The notes under the pieces were generated by a model. It saw nothing but the letters and a program-made list of their open reading frames with translations, did no database searches and had not been told where the DNA came from. Shown here piece after piece: positions 10,804-22,749 of a stretch of 32,761 nt of DNA. The stretch comes from Nitrosospira sp. GTDB lineage: Bacteria; Pseudomonadota; Gammaproteobacteria; Burkholderiales; Nitrosomonadaceae. The stretch is from the NCBI GenBank assembly GCA_046716045.1, contig JBKJYB010000489.1, positions 1-32,761 of the forward strand, given 5' to 3'. A program made the translations under genes and the position numbers. The number at the start of each line of letters is the position of its first letter. The stretch's first letter is position 1.

Positions 10804-11913
10804 ATGAAACTGATACAAGCCGATAAGGATATTTTGCTTAAACCGTTGCAAACGGTTACCGGAATTGTCGAGCGCCGCCACACCTTGCCCATACTTTCAA
10901 ACGTACTTATCGAACGGAAGAATGACGAAATTTCATTCATCGCGACGGATCTGGAAATTCAGATAACGACTTCCACGCAGGATAGCAATACGGTAACTGA
11001 AGGGTATTCAGTTACCGTAGCGGCAAAAAAGCTTCAAGACATATTGCGCGCACTGCCTGATAAAACCGAAGTGACGCTGGAAACCACTGAAAACCGACTC
11101 CAGGGGAAAGCTGGAAAAAGCCGTTTTAGTTTACAAACGCTTCCTGTGGAAGATTTTCCAAAATTTCCTGAAAACACGGAATCCCAGGCAAAAATAACGG
11201 TAAAACAAAACGAACTGAAACACCTTTTATTCCTGGTGCAATACGCCATGGCGCAGCAGGACATTCGTTATTACCTGAATGGCCTGCTTCTGCTGATGGA
11301 GGAAAATTATCTGAAAGCCGTTGCCACCGATGGTCACCGCCTGGCGTTCGGCCTGCTCATGCTGGAAACGCCGCAGGAGAAAAGAGAAGTCATTCTGCCC
11401 CGCAAGGTGGTACTTGAGCTGGCAAAGCAATTAAATGACAGCGACGAGCCGATTACGTTGGAAGTTCTACAAAATCAGGTACGTTTCACTTTTTCAAATA
11501 TTATACTGATATCCAAAATTGTAGACGGCAAGTTTCCTGATTACAATCGTGTGATCCCGGTTGACCATCAAAAACAGTTTGATGTAAATCGTCTATTGCT
11601 TTTGCAAACGCTCCAGCGTGCTTCAATCCTTTCAAACGAAAAATTCCGTGGTGTCCGTCTGATTTTGACAACGGGTAATCTCCGTATCGTTTGCAACAAC
11701 GCGGAACAAGAAGAAGCGGAGGAGGAACTGGAAGTCCAGTATGATGGCGAAGCGCTCGATATAGGTTTCAATGTGACCTACCTGCTGGACGTGTTGAACA
11801 ATCTGACCAACGAAACAGTGCGGTGTTCTTTCGGCGATGCAAACAGCAGCGCGCTTATCACGATCCCCGAAAATGATGATTTCAAGTATGTTGTGATGCC
11901 AATGAGAATATAA
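10804..11913 (+). CDS. dnaN: DNA polymerase III beta clamp
   Basis: LPILSNVL, ATDLE, RYYLNG, VATDGHRLA, GKFPDYNRVIP, YVVMPMRI. Confidence 0.99.
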   Translation: MKLIQADKDILLKPLQTVTGIVERRHTLPILSNVLIERKNDEISFIATDLEIQITTSTQDSNTVTEGYSVTVAAKKLQDILRALPDKTEVTLETTENRLQGKAGKSRFSLQTLPVEDFPKFPENTESQAKITVKQNELKHLLFLVQYAMAQQDIRYYLNGLLLLMEENYLKAVATDGHRLAFGLLMLETPQEKREVILPRKVVLELAKQLNDSDEPITLEVLQNQVRFTFSNIILISKIVDGKFPDYNRVIPVDHQKQFDVNRLLLLQTLQRASILSNEKFRGVRLILTTGNLRIVCNNAEQEEAEEELEVQYDGEALDIGFNVTYLLDVLNNLTNETVRCSFGDANSSALITIPENDDFKYVVMPMRI

Positions 11914-12004
11914 ACAAGCGTCGGAATATAATAGGTAATTCCTGATAGTATCTCGTTCCGGCAAAGCAGTGTCCGCGAGTAAATCATGATTTCCGACAAA
12001 TCCC

Positions 12005-14461
<2,457 letters not shown>

Positions 14462-14474
14462 CCGGTACATATTA

Positions 14475-14635
14475 GCCCGAATGTTTCATAAATTGACGCG
14501 CGTCCTTGCTGGTCTTTTGTTTCGTATGGAAATTTTGTTCACTCGGGCGTATGAATAACTACGCCACCCTCACACAAAATCTCCCTAAAAAACAATATCC
14601 TGAACGCATCACGCGAATTTATGAAATATCCGGGT
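14475..14635. mobile_element. MITE family B, copy B1 (161 bp, ERIC-like architecture)
   Basis: TIRs GCCCGAATGTTTCATAAATT and rc ACCCGGATATTTCATAAATT, TA on both flanks, central hairpin GGCGTA-N8-TACGCC. An inverted near-identical copy lies at 27032-27186. Confidence 0.88.
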
Positions 14636-14638
14636 TAG

Positions 14639-14690
14639 AGAGCATCTGAAGAAAATCCCATGCTAACTGGAGAGCTTATTCAGAGGCGCC
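14639..14690. mobile_element. MITE family A, miniature copy A2 (52 bp)
   Basis: The right end rc GGCGCCTCTGAATAAG equals the A1 left TIR; degenerate left end AGAGCATCTGAAGAAA; flanked by direct TTAG at 14635-14638 and 14691-14694. Confidence 0.7.
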
Positions 14691-14846
14691 TTAGCATGTC
14701 GAGGCATCTGCTGACTAATTCCCCGAAAATCGTATAGTCACTGGCGGAATGCTTTAATTTCACTTCAAAGTCAGTCGGAACTTCACGGACGACTGAAGGG
14801 TACTGAAACCCCGTCATTTGTATCGCGCTGCGAGCCCGGCTGATGA

Positions 14847-14855
14847 TGATAGAAT
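14847..14855 (+). promoter_or_regulatory. Putative extended -10 promoter of glyA
   Basis: TGaTAGAAT about 40 nt upstream of the glyA ATG. Confidence 0.45.
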
Positions 14856-14893
14856 GCACGATTTCTTTACTCTTATTCAGAGGATAAACCGCC

Positions 14894-16144
14894 ATGTTGT
14901 CCCCGAAACTGACCCTGGAAAGTGTTGACCCCGAAGTATGGCAAGCGATCAAGGGCGAAGTACGGCGCCAGGAAGAATATATCGAGTTGATTGCTTCGGA
15001 AAATTACGCCAGCCCGGCGGTAATGCAGGCACAGGGGTCGGTACTTACCAACAAATACGCCGAGGGTTATCCTGGCAAGCGCTATTATGGCGGTTGCGAG
15101 TATATGGATATCGTGGAGCAGCTTGCGATCGATCGGCTGAAAGCACTGTTTAATGCCGAGTATGCCAATGTCCAGCCGCATTCCGGCTCGCAGGCCAATG
15201 CCGCGGTGTATTTAACCGCCCTGAAACCCGGCGATACGTTTCTTGGCATGTCACTCGCCCATGGCGGTCATCTGACTCACGGGGCTTCGGTCAACCTCAG
15301 CGGCAAAATTTTCAACGCGATTTCCTACGGGCTTAAACCGGAAACCGAAGAGCTCGATTACGATCAGGTGGCGCGCCTGGCGCGCGAACACAAACCTAAA
15401 ATGATCGTCGCCGGCGCTTCCGCTTACGCTCTGGTCATAGATTGGAAACGTTTTCGCAAGATTGCGGATGAAGTGGGCGCCTATTTGTTTGTCGACATGG
15501 CGCATTACGCCGGCCTGGTGGCCGCGGGATTTTATCCCAATCCAGTCGGTATCGCCGATTTTGTCACAAGCACCACGCACAAGACATTACGCGGGCCGCG
15601 GGGCGGCATAATCATGGCTAAACCGGAGCACGAAAAGGCCCTCAATTCGGCAATTTTCCCCCAAACTCAAGGGGGGCCGCTGATGCATGTAATCGCCGCC
15701 AAGGCAGTGGCTTTCAAAGAGGCCGCCACCAAAGAGTTCAAGGACTATCAGGAACAGGTGATCGACAATGCCCGCGTGATGGCAAAGGTATTGCAGGAAC
15801 GTGGTCTGCGCATTGTCTCCGGGCGCACCGACTGTCATATGTTTCTGGTGGATCTTCGGGCCAAGAATCTTACCGGCAAGCAGGCCGCGGAATCTCTGGA
15901 AATGGCGCACATAACGGTCAACAAGAACGCCATACCCAACGACCCGCAGAAACCATTCATCACCAGCGGTATTCGTATCGGCTCCCCGGCGATGACCACA
16001 CGAGGTTTCAGGGAAATCCAAGCGGAACAATTGGCGAATCTGATTGCCGATGTGCTGGATGCCCCAACCGACATTGCGGTTCTTTCGCATGTGGCGCACG
16101 AAGCAAAAGCGCTGTGCGCGAAATTCCCGGTTTATAACGGTTAG
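14894..16144 (+). CDS. glyA: Serine hydroxymethyltransferase
   Basis: [33 protein letters not shown] (PLP lysine). Confidence 0.99.
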   Translation: MLSPKLTLESVDPEVWQAIKGEVRRQEEYIELIASENYASPAVMQAQGSVLTNKYAEGYPGKRYYGGCEYMDIVEQLAIDRLKALFNAEYANVQPHSGSQANAAVYLTALKPGDTFLGMSLAHGGHLTHGASVNLSGKIFNAISYGLKPETEELDYDQVARLAREHKPKMIVAGASAYALVIDWKRFRKIADEVGAYLFVDMAHYAGLVAAGFYPNPVGIADFVTSTTHKTLRGPRGGIIMAKPEHEKALNSAIFPQTQGGPLMHVIAAKAVAFKEAATKEFKDYQEQVIDNARVMAKVLQERGLRIVSGRTDCHMFLVDLRAKNLTGKQAAESLEMAHITVNKNAIPNDPQKPFITSGIRIGSPAMTTRGFREIQAEQLANLIADVLDAPTDIAVLSHVAHEAKALCAKFPVYNG

Positions 16145-16145
16145 A

Positions 16146-16625
16146 ATGAAATGCCCCTTCTGCAATGCGGATGATACCAGCGTAATCGATTCCCGCGTCA
16201 GCGAGGAAGGTAACAGAATACGCCGCCGCCGTCGTTGCCTCACGTGCGACAAGCGCTTTACTACTTATGAAACGGTGGAATTGCGCTTGCCTCAGGTGGT
16301 AAAACAGGATGGCAATCGCTCCGAGTTCAATCGCGAAAAACTGCTTACGGGCTTTATGCGCGCACTGCACAAGCGTCCGGTTCCCACCGAGTATGTGGAT
16401 GCGGCGATGGATCGTATTGTGCAAAAGCTTCTGAGCCTGGGAGAACGCGAGATACCTTCGCGCAAGATCGGTGAAATGGTGATGCAGGAACTCTACAAAC
16501 TGGACAAGGTGGCCTATATCCGCTTTGCTTCGGTTTACAGAAGTTTTCAGGACGCTGACGATTTCCATAGTGCGATCAAGGAGGTACAGAGGCCGCAGCG
16601 AAAAAGAGAAATAAAAAAACCTTGA
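16146..16625 (+). CDS. nrdR: Transcriptional repressor NrdR
   Basis: MKCPFC...RRRRRCLTC zinc ribbon, ATP cone, AYIRFASVY. Start at ATG 16146. Confidence 0.97.
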   Translation: MKCPFCNADDTSVIDSRVSEEGNRIRRRRRCLTCDKRFTTYETVELRLPQVVKQDGNRSEFNREKLLTGFMRALHKRPVPTEYVDAAMDRIVQKLLSLGEREIPSRKIGEMVMQELYKLDKVAYIRFASVYRSFQDADDFHSAIKEVQRPQRKREIKKP

Positions 16626-16742
16626 ATTGCAAACCTCGGTTCCCGTTCATGTTTTTCGCTGGAACAATGCAGTAAGCAATAAGCGGTAAGCACACACCCG
16701 TCGTAAAAGTCCGTTTGCAACTTTGGAGTTGCGAAACCCCAT

Positions 16743-17828
16743 ATGTTCTCGTCAGCCGATCACGCCTATATGTCCGAAGCGCTTCAGCTTGCCGAAAAGG
16801 GATTGTATGGGACAAGCCCAAACCCCCGCGTGGGTTGCGTGATTGTGCGCGATGGTCACGTGGTGGGCAGCGGCTGGCACGAACGTGCTGGCCAGCCTCA
16901 CGCAGAGATAAATGCCGTTAATGCCGCCGGGACAGCCGCGTGGGATGCGACCGCCTATGTTACGCTGGAACCGTGTAGTCATCATGGACGCACACCACCC
17001 TGCGCCGAAGCACTAATCAAAGCGGGCGTCGCTAAACTGGTAGCCGCCATGGCAGACCCGAATCCCCTGGTGGCGGGTGGCGGCTTCGCGTTACTGAAGC
17101 AGGCTGGAATAGAAGTACAAACAGGGCTGATGGAAGAAGAAGCAAAGGCGCTTAATATCGGTTTTGTCGCGCGCATGACGCGCAAGCGCCCGTGGGTCCG
17201 GGTGAAAATCGCGGCGAGTCTTGATGGCAAGACGGCGCTCAGTAACGGTAGCAGCCAGTGGATTACCAGTGAGGCGGCACGACGTGATGGTCACCGGCTT
17301 CGTGCCCGCTCTTGCGCGATTCTGACTGGCATTGGCACCATACTGGCGGACGATCCGGAGCTCACCGTACGCCATGTGGAAACATCCAGGCAGCCGCTGC
17401 GCGTGGTGGTGGATAGCCGCCTGGATATCCCTTTGGAGGCCAGGGCGCTGCGTGGCGAGGGCGAGTTGATTTTTACCGCTACCGTCAGTGAAGAAAAAAT
17501 TGCAGCGTTACGTGATGTGGGTGCCCGTGCCATCGTAATGCCGGGCGGAAATGACGATGTCGATCTTGTTAGCATGATGCAGACCCTCGCCAGTCTTGAG
17601 ATCAACGAAGTGATGGTCGAGGCGGGTAGCAAATTGAATGGTGCGCTCATGAACGCAGGCCTGGTGGACGAACTGGTGATCTATCTCGCACCGTACCTGA
17701 TCGGTGATGCGGCACGTGGCATGCTGAAACTGCCGGAATTGACGAATCTTGCGGACAAGCGCGCGCTCAAGATTCACGATTTGCGCATGGTGGGGCCGGA
17801 TATTCGCGTCATAGCCCGTTTCTCATAA
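16743..17828 (+). CDS. ribD: Bifunctional riboflavin deaminase/reductase RibD
   Basis: PNPRVGC, HAE, TLEPCSHHGRTPPC, ASLDG. Confidence 0.98.
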   Translation: MFSSADHAYMSEALQLAEKGLYGTSPNPRVGCVIVRDGHVVGSGWHERAGQPHAEINAVNAAGTAAWDATAYVTLEPCSHHGRTPPCAEALIKAGVAKLVAAMADPNPLVAGGGFALLKQAGIEVQTGLMEEEAKALNIGFVARMTRKRPWVRVKIAASLDGKTALSNGSSQWITSEAARRDGHRLRARSCAILTGIGTILADDPELTVRHVETSRQPLRVVVDSRLDIPLEARALRGEGELIFTATVSEEKIAALRDVGARAIVMPGGNDDVDLVSMMQTLASLEINEVMVEAGSKLNGALMNAGLVDELVIYLAPYLIGDAARGMLKLPELTNLADKRALKIHDLRMVGPDIRVIARFS

Positions 17829-17844
17829 CCGGGTCAAGACGTGT

Positions 17845-18414
17845 TTATGTTTTCGCAGGATTCTTGGTAAGCTTGCGTTGCAGCGTGCGACGGTGCATGT
17901 TGAGTACCCTCGCTGTGACGGAAACATTTCCTTTATTCTCATTTAAAACACGCTGGATATACTCCCATTCAAGCCGATTTACCGACAACGGATGTGCGCT
18001 GATCTGCACATCCGCATCCCCCGAAGTGCGCTCGAATGCAATCATGATTTCATCGACATCAACAGGTTTCGCGAGATAGTGCGTCGCGCCGAGTTTGATC
18101 GCTTCCACCGCTGTGGCAATACTAGCGTAACCCGTCAACATGACAATACGGGTTCCGGCATCAAGCGTTTTCAATTTTTCAACCAGGGTTAATCCGGAAG
18201 TGCCCGGCAGCCTGAGATCAATAACCGCATACTCAGGCGTGCAAGCCTCGGCGCATTCCAGCGCCTGCTCTACCGTATGCGCACAGGTTACGTCAAATCC
18301 ACGTTTTGCCATGGCGCCAGCGAGCACGCCACAAAAAGTTGCATCGTCGTCGACAATGAGCAAAGTCGGGTGATCATCGACTTCCATCGCCGGTAGTGTT
18401 GTCATAATTGTCAT
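17845..18414 (-). CDS. regA: RegA/PrrA/ActR-family response regulator
   Basis: Receiver domain with LTGYASIATAVEAIKLGA; Fis-type HTH WEYIQRVL...NVSVTARVLNMHRRTLQRKL. Confidence 0.93.
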   Translation of the reverse strand: MTIMTTLPAMEVDDHPTLLIVDDDATFCGVLAGAMAKRGFDVTCAHTVEQALECAEACTPEYAVIDLRLPGTSGLTLVEKLKTLDAGTRIVMLTGYASIATAVEAIKLGATHYLAKPVDVDEIMIAFERTSGDADVQISAHPLSVNRLEWEYIQRVLNENKGNVSVTARVLNMHRRTLQRKLTKNPAKT

Positions 18415-19676
18415 GTCGATTGCCGTATCAGAGGTAATATAACTTTGGTACAGGCGCCGCCTTCCCGATTGGTCAATCGAACGCTGCCGCCAAATCGCTC
18501 AATATTCGCATTGGCCAGGAATAATCCGATCCCGAAACCGTGCCCTGGCGCTTTACTGGTAAAGAAAGCTTCCCCCGCCCGCTGAGCGGCTTCTCCGGTA
18601 AGTCCCTCGCCATAATCGAGGATTTCGAGATGCAATTCCTGATCATTCCAGTTGGCCTCTATCTCAACATGCTTTAAAGACGCATCGGCTGCGTTATTCA
18701 GCAAATTTAAAATAGACTGGCTCAATAACTGGGTATTCAGGATTTGCGGAGCAGGCTGTCCCCCCTTGCCATGATAAGTAAACTTTACGGAGGGCCGCAT
18801 CAATTGCCATTTGTCCAGTACCTGGCGCAGGAAGTAATCGACCGCCTGACCGCTGCCATCTTCGGCGCGCGCCTGTCCGGCATCGGCCAGCAATCGCGTC
18901 AACGTATGCTTGCAATGCGTGATCTGGTCGCGCAGTATCCTAATACTGGTTTGAAACTCGCTATTTTCCGCGTAGTCATTTTGCAGTTCTCCCGTTACCA
19001 CCGCCATCGTCGCCAACGGTGTGCCGAGTTCATGCGCCGCGCCCGCGGCCAATGTTCCAAGCGCAATAATTTGCTCGTTACGCAACGCCTGCTCGCGTGC
19101 CAATGCCAGATCCTTGTCGCGTTCGCGAATCGATATGCCCATCTTGACAACGAACCAGGCGATTAATACAGTGCTTAGCACGAAGGCCAGCCACATCCCG
19201 GACACATGCAGGTTAAACTCATTGATGTGCTCTTCATGATCATGCGGTAGCGGCACATAATAAAACAGCAACAGCGTGTAACAGCTTATCGTGATTGCCG
19301 CCATTACCCAGGTATAAGCCCAGGGCAATGCTGCGGCGGCAATCGTCAGCGGCAATAGATACAGCGAAATAAATGGGTTCGTTGAACCACCGCTGAAATA
19401 CAGCAATGCGCTTAATGCGAAAACATCAACTAACAGTTGAGCAAAAAATTCGATGCTTGATACCGGCCAGTTACGGCGGAGGCGTAACCATGTCGCCAGA
19501 TTCAGCACAGCGAGCAGCGCCGCAACCGTGACCATTTCCGTCCACTGCAATTGCATCTCAAGCGCCCAGTACGCCAAGGCGAAGGTCAGGCACTGAGCCG
19601 CAATCACGATATTTCGGAGCAGAAACAAGCGTTGTAAATTCTTGCTCAGCGGCGACTGGCTGAGATCACTGAACAT
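18411..19676 (-). CDS. regB: RegB/PrrB/ActS-family redox sensor histidine kinase
   Basis: Multi-TM N-terminus with GGSTNPF (GGxxNPF quinone motif), H-box AHELGTPL, a downstream Cys (HCK), N/G boxes; 4-bp overlap with regA. Confidence 0.92.
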   Translation of the reverse strand: MFSDLSQSPLSKNLQRLFLLRNIVIAAQCLTFALAYWALEMQLQWTEMVTVAALLAVLNLATWLRLRRNWPVSSIEFFAQLLVDVFALSALLYFSGGSTNPFISLYLLPLTIAAAALPWAYTWVMAAITISCYTLLLFYYVPLPHDHEEHINEFNLHVSGMWLAFVLSTVLIAWFVVKMGISIRERDKDLALAREQALRNEQIIALGTLAAGAAHELGTPLATMAVVTGELQNDYAENSEFQTSIRILRDQITHCKHTLTRLLADAGQARAEDGSGQAVDYFLRQVLDKWQLMRPSVKFTYHGKGGQPAPQILNTQLLSQSILNLLNNAADASLKHVEIEANWNDQELHLEILDYGEGLTGEAAQRAGEAFFTSKAPGHGFGIGLFLANANIERFGGSVRLTNREGGACTKVILPLIRQST

Positions 19677-19754
19677 TTCCGTTGCTCATCCGTACGTTAC
19701 TTCCTTACAAGTCATCTAATCTTGAACATTAGCGTATATTGCGACTTACGACTA

Positions 19755-19771
19755 TGCGGCAAATTGCCGCA
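19755..19771. promoter_or_regulatory. Putative RegA/PrrA/RegR binding site
   Basis: TGCGGCAAATTGCCGCA, palindromic, matching the GCGGC-N5-G(T/C)CGC type consensus; lies in the divergent regB/ribE spacer. Confidence 0.7.
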
Positions 19772-19849
19772 CGCCCTCTTATCCCAGGCTGCGAGACCAA
19801 TACGCGCATACAATAAGCGCTTATTGTATTTGAAAGCGGGACAGGTTTG

Positions 19850-20464
19850 ATGTTTACCGGAATTATCGAAGCAGTCGGCGAGCTGAAGCGCATTACATCT
19901 CTGGAAGGTGGACTATGCTTGAACATCGCACCCGGGATGCTGGATTTACGCGACGTCAAAACCGGAGACAGCATCGCGGTAAATGGGGTGTGCCTAACCG
20001 TCACCACCCTGGCGGATGGCACGTTTTCCGTGGATGTCTCGCGGGAAACCTTGAGTTGTACCGTAGGTTTGGACAGATGGGGCGGCCGGGTCAATCTCGA
20101 AAAAGCCATGCGCTTGTCCGATAGGCTCGGTGGTCACTTGGTGAGTGGTCATGTGGATGGTATCGGCGAAGTGGTAATGTTCAAGCCTGACGGGGAAAGT
20201 TATTTGCTGGCAATTAAGGCACCGACTTCATTATTAAAATATATTGCTAAAAAGGGTTCAATTACGGTGAATGGCGTAAGCTTGACGGTAAATGCGGTAG
20301 CGGGAGATAAATTTGAGGTCAATCTCATCCCTCATACACTGGCTGTCACCACACTAAGCGCGCTGGAAGCGGGGGCAAAGGTGAATCTGGAAGTGGATAT
20401 GCTGGCGCGATATGTGGAGCGATTGATAGGCGATCGCTTGAACAATCCTGAATCCGGCAGTTGA
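19850..20464 (+). CDS. ribE: Riboflavin synthase (alpha chain)
   Basis: MFTGIIE N-terminus, GDSIAVNGVCLTV, GGHLVSGHVDG, VNLEVD. Called ribC in E. coli nomenclature. Confidence 0.97.
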   Translation: MFTGIIEAVGELKRITSLEGGLCLNIAPGMLDLRDVKTGDSIAVNGVCLTVTTLADGTFSVDVSRETLSCTVGLDRWGGRVNLEKAMRLSDRLGGHLVSGHVDGIGEVVMFKPDGESYLLAIKAPTSLLKYIAKKGSITVNGVSLTVNAVAGDKFEVNLIPHTLAVTTLSALEAGAKVNLEVDMLARYVERLIGDRLNNPESGS

Positions 20465-20562
20465 CCGTTCATTTTTCAGCAGGTGTTATGTTCTCCAAAG
20501 ATTTTTTCGGTCATTTGATCGTCACCTTGTTTAGTCAATTCGCTATAACCGCTGAATTCAGG
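20447..20562 (+). mobile_element. MITE family C, copy C1 (116 bp)
   Basis: Ends CCTGAATCCGGCAGTT and rc CCTGAATTCAGCGGTT; flanks ACAAT/ATAAT; left end shared with C2 and C3; overlaps the ribE 3' end. Confidence 0.78.
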
Positions 20563-20581
20563 ATAATGGATAAAATTTGAC

Positions 20582-21703
20582 ATGATTATCAGCTCAATTC
20601 AGGAAATAATTGCCGAAATCAAAGCCGGCAAAATGGTAATCCTCGTGGATGAGGAAAATCGGGAAAACGAAGGCGATCTGGTTCTGGCGGCGGATTTCGT
20701 CACGCCGGCAGCGATCAATTTCATGGCCACGCATGGCCGCGGATTGATTTGCCTGACGCTAACCGAAGAGCGCTGCAGGCAGCTCAATCTGCCGCTGATG
20801 GTATCCGCCAATCGTTCACCGCTGGGTACCAATTTTACGGTTTCCATTGAGGCGGCAAGTGGGGTCACAACCGGCATCTCTGCCGCCGACCGTGCCCGTA
20901 CCGTCCAGACAGCGGTAAACCGGGACACGAAACCCGAGGACATTGTTCAGCCCGGACACATTTTTCCGCTGATGGCGCAAAACGGGGGTGTACTGGTACG
21001 CGCGGGCCATACCGAGGCTGGCTGTGATTTAGCGAATCTGGCGGGACTGGTTCCCGCATCCGTAATTTGCGAAATTTTGACGGAGGACGGTAGCATGGCA
21101 CGTCTGCCGGATTTGATCGAATTCGCCACAAAGCATCAACTAAAAATCGGTGCCATTGCCGATCTTATCCATTACCGCAGTCGCACCGAAAGCCTGGTGA
21201 GACGCATGGCCGAACGCTCTATCCAGACAATTCATGGCGAGTTCCGTCTCGTCGCCTACCTCGATAAGACGGTCAACGCAACGCATCTGGCTTTGGTGAA
21301 GGGAAAAATCAATCCCTCTACTGAAACCCTCGTGCGGGTGCATGAGCCCCTTTCAGTCATCGATCTGCTGGACATAAATGATGACACCCATTCCTGGAAT
21401 GTGAATGACACTCTCCGTATAATTGCGGGAGCGGCGTGCGGCGTGATCGTATTGCTCCAACGCAGGGAAAGCCCGGCCGAATTAATGGAGCGTGTCATGC
21501 CGGCGAAATCCAGGCCGCAAGTTATCGCCAGGACAGATTTGCGCGATTATGGTATTGGTGCGCAGATATTGAAAGATCTCAACGTAGGCAAGATGCGGCT
21601 ATTGGCCATTCCCCGAAAAATGCCAAGCATGGCGGGTTTTGGTCTTGAAGTAACGGGATATCTGGAACCGGAAAATAAAAACCAGAAACAACGGCTCTCT
21701 TGA
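20582..21703 (+). CDS. ribB: DHBP synthase fused to degenerate GTP cyclohydrolase II-like domain (RibBX type)
   Basis: [19 protein letters not shown] and GHTEA in the RibB domain. The C-domain has RVHEPLS instead of RxHSEC...CDC, so the Zn cysteines are absent. Confidence 0.92.
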   Translation: MIISSIQEIIAEIKAGKMVILVDEENRENEGDLVLAADFVTPAAINFMATHGRGLICLTLTEERCRQLNLPLMVSANRSPLGTNFTVSIEAASGVTTGISAADRARTVQTAVNRDTKPEDIVQPGHIFPLMAQNGGVLVRAGHTEAGCDLANLAGLVPASVICEILTEDGSMARLPDLIEFATKHQLKIGAIADLIHYRSRTESLVRRMAERSIQTIHGEFRLVAYLDKTVNATHLALVKGKINPSTETLVRVHEPLSVIDLLDINDDTHSWNVNDTLRIIAGAACGVIVLLQRRESPAELMERVMPAKSRPQVIARTDLRDYGIGAQILKDLNVGKMRLLAIPRKMPSMAGFGLEVTGYLEPENKNQKQRLS

Positions 21704-21743
21704 AATTCTTTGTTTGTGATTCGATTTTGTAACAGGAGCACAC

Positions 21744-22226
21744 ATGGCACGGTATGACAACATTCTTGAAATTGAACCCGATCTCGATGGCGCGGAATTA
21801 CGTATTGGCATTGTTATGAGCCGCTTTAACATAAATGTGAGCGAGGGATTGCTGGGCGCCTGCACTGCGGAACTGTTGAAGCGGGGCGTGCAGGAATCCG
21901 GCATGTTGCTGGTAACAGTTCCAGGCGCATTGGAAATCCCCCTGGCGCTGCAAAAAATGGCTTTAACCGACCAGTTTGACGCACTGGTGGCATTGGGCGC
22001 GGTGATACGCGGAGACACCTATCATTTTGAAGTCGTAGCCAATCAATCGACCAGCGGTGTGGCTGCCGTGCAGCTTGACACCGGCATCCCGGTTGCCAAC
22101 GGCATACTTACCACCGATACCGACGATCAGGCATTGGCGCGCATGAGCCGGAAAGGCATCGAAGCTGCGCAAGTGGCGTTGGAGATGGCCAATCTGCTAA
22201 GAGAGCTCGACGAAGTGACCCAATGA
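21744..22226 (+). CDS. ribH: 6,7-dimethyl-8-ribityllumazine synthase
   Basis: [24 protein letters not shown]. Confidence 0.97.
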   Translation: MARYDNILEIEPDLDGAELRIGIVMSRFNINVSEGLLGACTAELLKRGVQESGMLLVTVPGALEIPLALQKMALTDQFDALVALGAVIRGDTYHFEVVANQSTSGVAAVQLDTGIPVANGILTTDTDDQALARMSRKGIEAAQVALEMANLLRELDEVTQ

Positions 22227-22732
22227 CGCAGACTAAATCGGAAACTAAATCGTCCATTACTCCATTAAAACAGTCAGCCAGTAATTCGGCAGCCAAACCA
22301 GGCCGCAAAACCCGTCGCCGCCGATCCCGCGAACTGGCTTTGCAGGGACTTTACCAATGGCGTGTGGCGGGTGGAACCGTTGAAGCCATCGAAGCGCAGC
22401 TCCGTGAAACCAACGAATTTCCCAGGACAGACGAGGCATATCTTTCCGTTCTACTGCAAGGCGTCCTGGCGAATGCCTCCCAACTGGAGAAGCAAATTCA
22501 GCCTCATCTCGACCGGCCATTCAAAGAGCTCAGTCCCGTGGAGGCCGCCATTCTGCTACTGAGTACCCACGAGCTTGCCAGTCACCCCGAAATGCCTTAT
22601 CGAGCAGTCATCAACGAGGCCGTGGAATTAGCCAAAACCTATGGCGGCACCGATGGACATAAATACGTGAACGGCGTGCTGGATAAATTGGCGGCGAAGC
22701 TGCGAATGGTTGAGATCAATGCGAAAGCGTGA
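22223..22732 (+). CDS. nusB: Transcription antitermination factor NusB
   Basis: [37 protein letters not shown]. Confidence 0.97.
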   Translation: MTQTKSETKSSITPLKQSASNSAAKPGRKTRRRRSRELALQGLYQWRVAGGTVEAIEAQLRETNEFPRTDEAYLSVLLQGVLANASQLEKQIQPHLDRPFKELSPVEAAILLLSTHELASHPEMPYRAVINEAVELAKTYGGTDGHKYVNGVLDKLAAKLRMVEINAKA

Positions 22733-22749
22733 TCACCCACGTGGTACAG

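Noticed and set aside
11920-11997. GTCGGAA...TTCCGAC inverted pair after dnaN
   Set aside because: Only about 7 bp, with no duplication or second copy; could be chance or a very decayed element.
14737-14846. Possible ZTP (pfl) riboswitch before glyA (ACTGGCGGAA)
   Set aside because: Lacks the GUGG/CCAC stem and the 3' CGCCUGGG hairpin, and a likely promoter lies downstream of it. An Infernal scan would settle it.
16628-16720. TTGCAAAC...GTTTGCAA inverted repeat between nrdR and ribD
   Set aside because: Only 8 bp match, the outer bases disagree and it is a single copy, so it is insufficient to call a fourth MITE family.
19677-19849. FMN riboswitch upstream of rib genes
   Set aside because: No RFN motifs (AGGGCGGGGUG, AAUUCCCCACCG) were seen here or before ribD or ribB.
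20566-20580. Mini-ORF MDKI* ending 1 nt before the ribB ATG
   Set aside because: Four codons, expected by chance in AT-rich DNA, with no supporting evidence.
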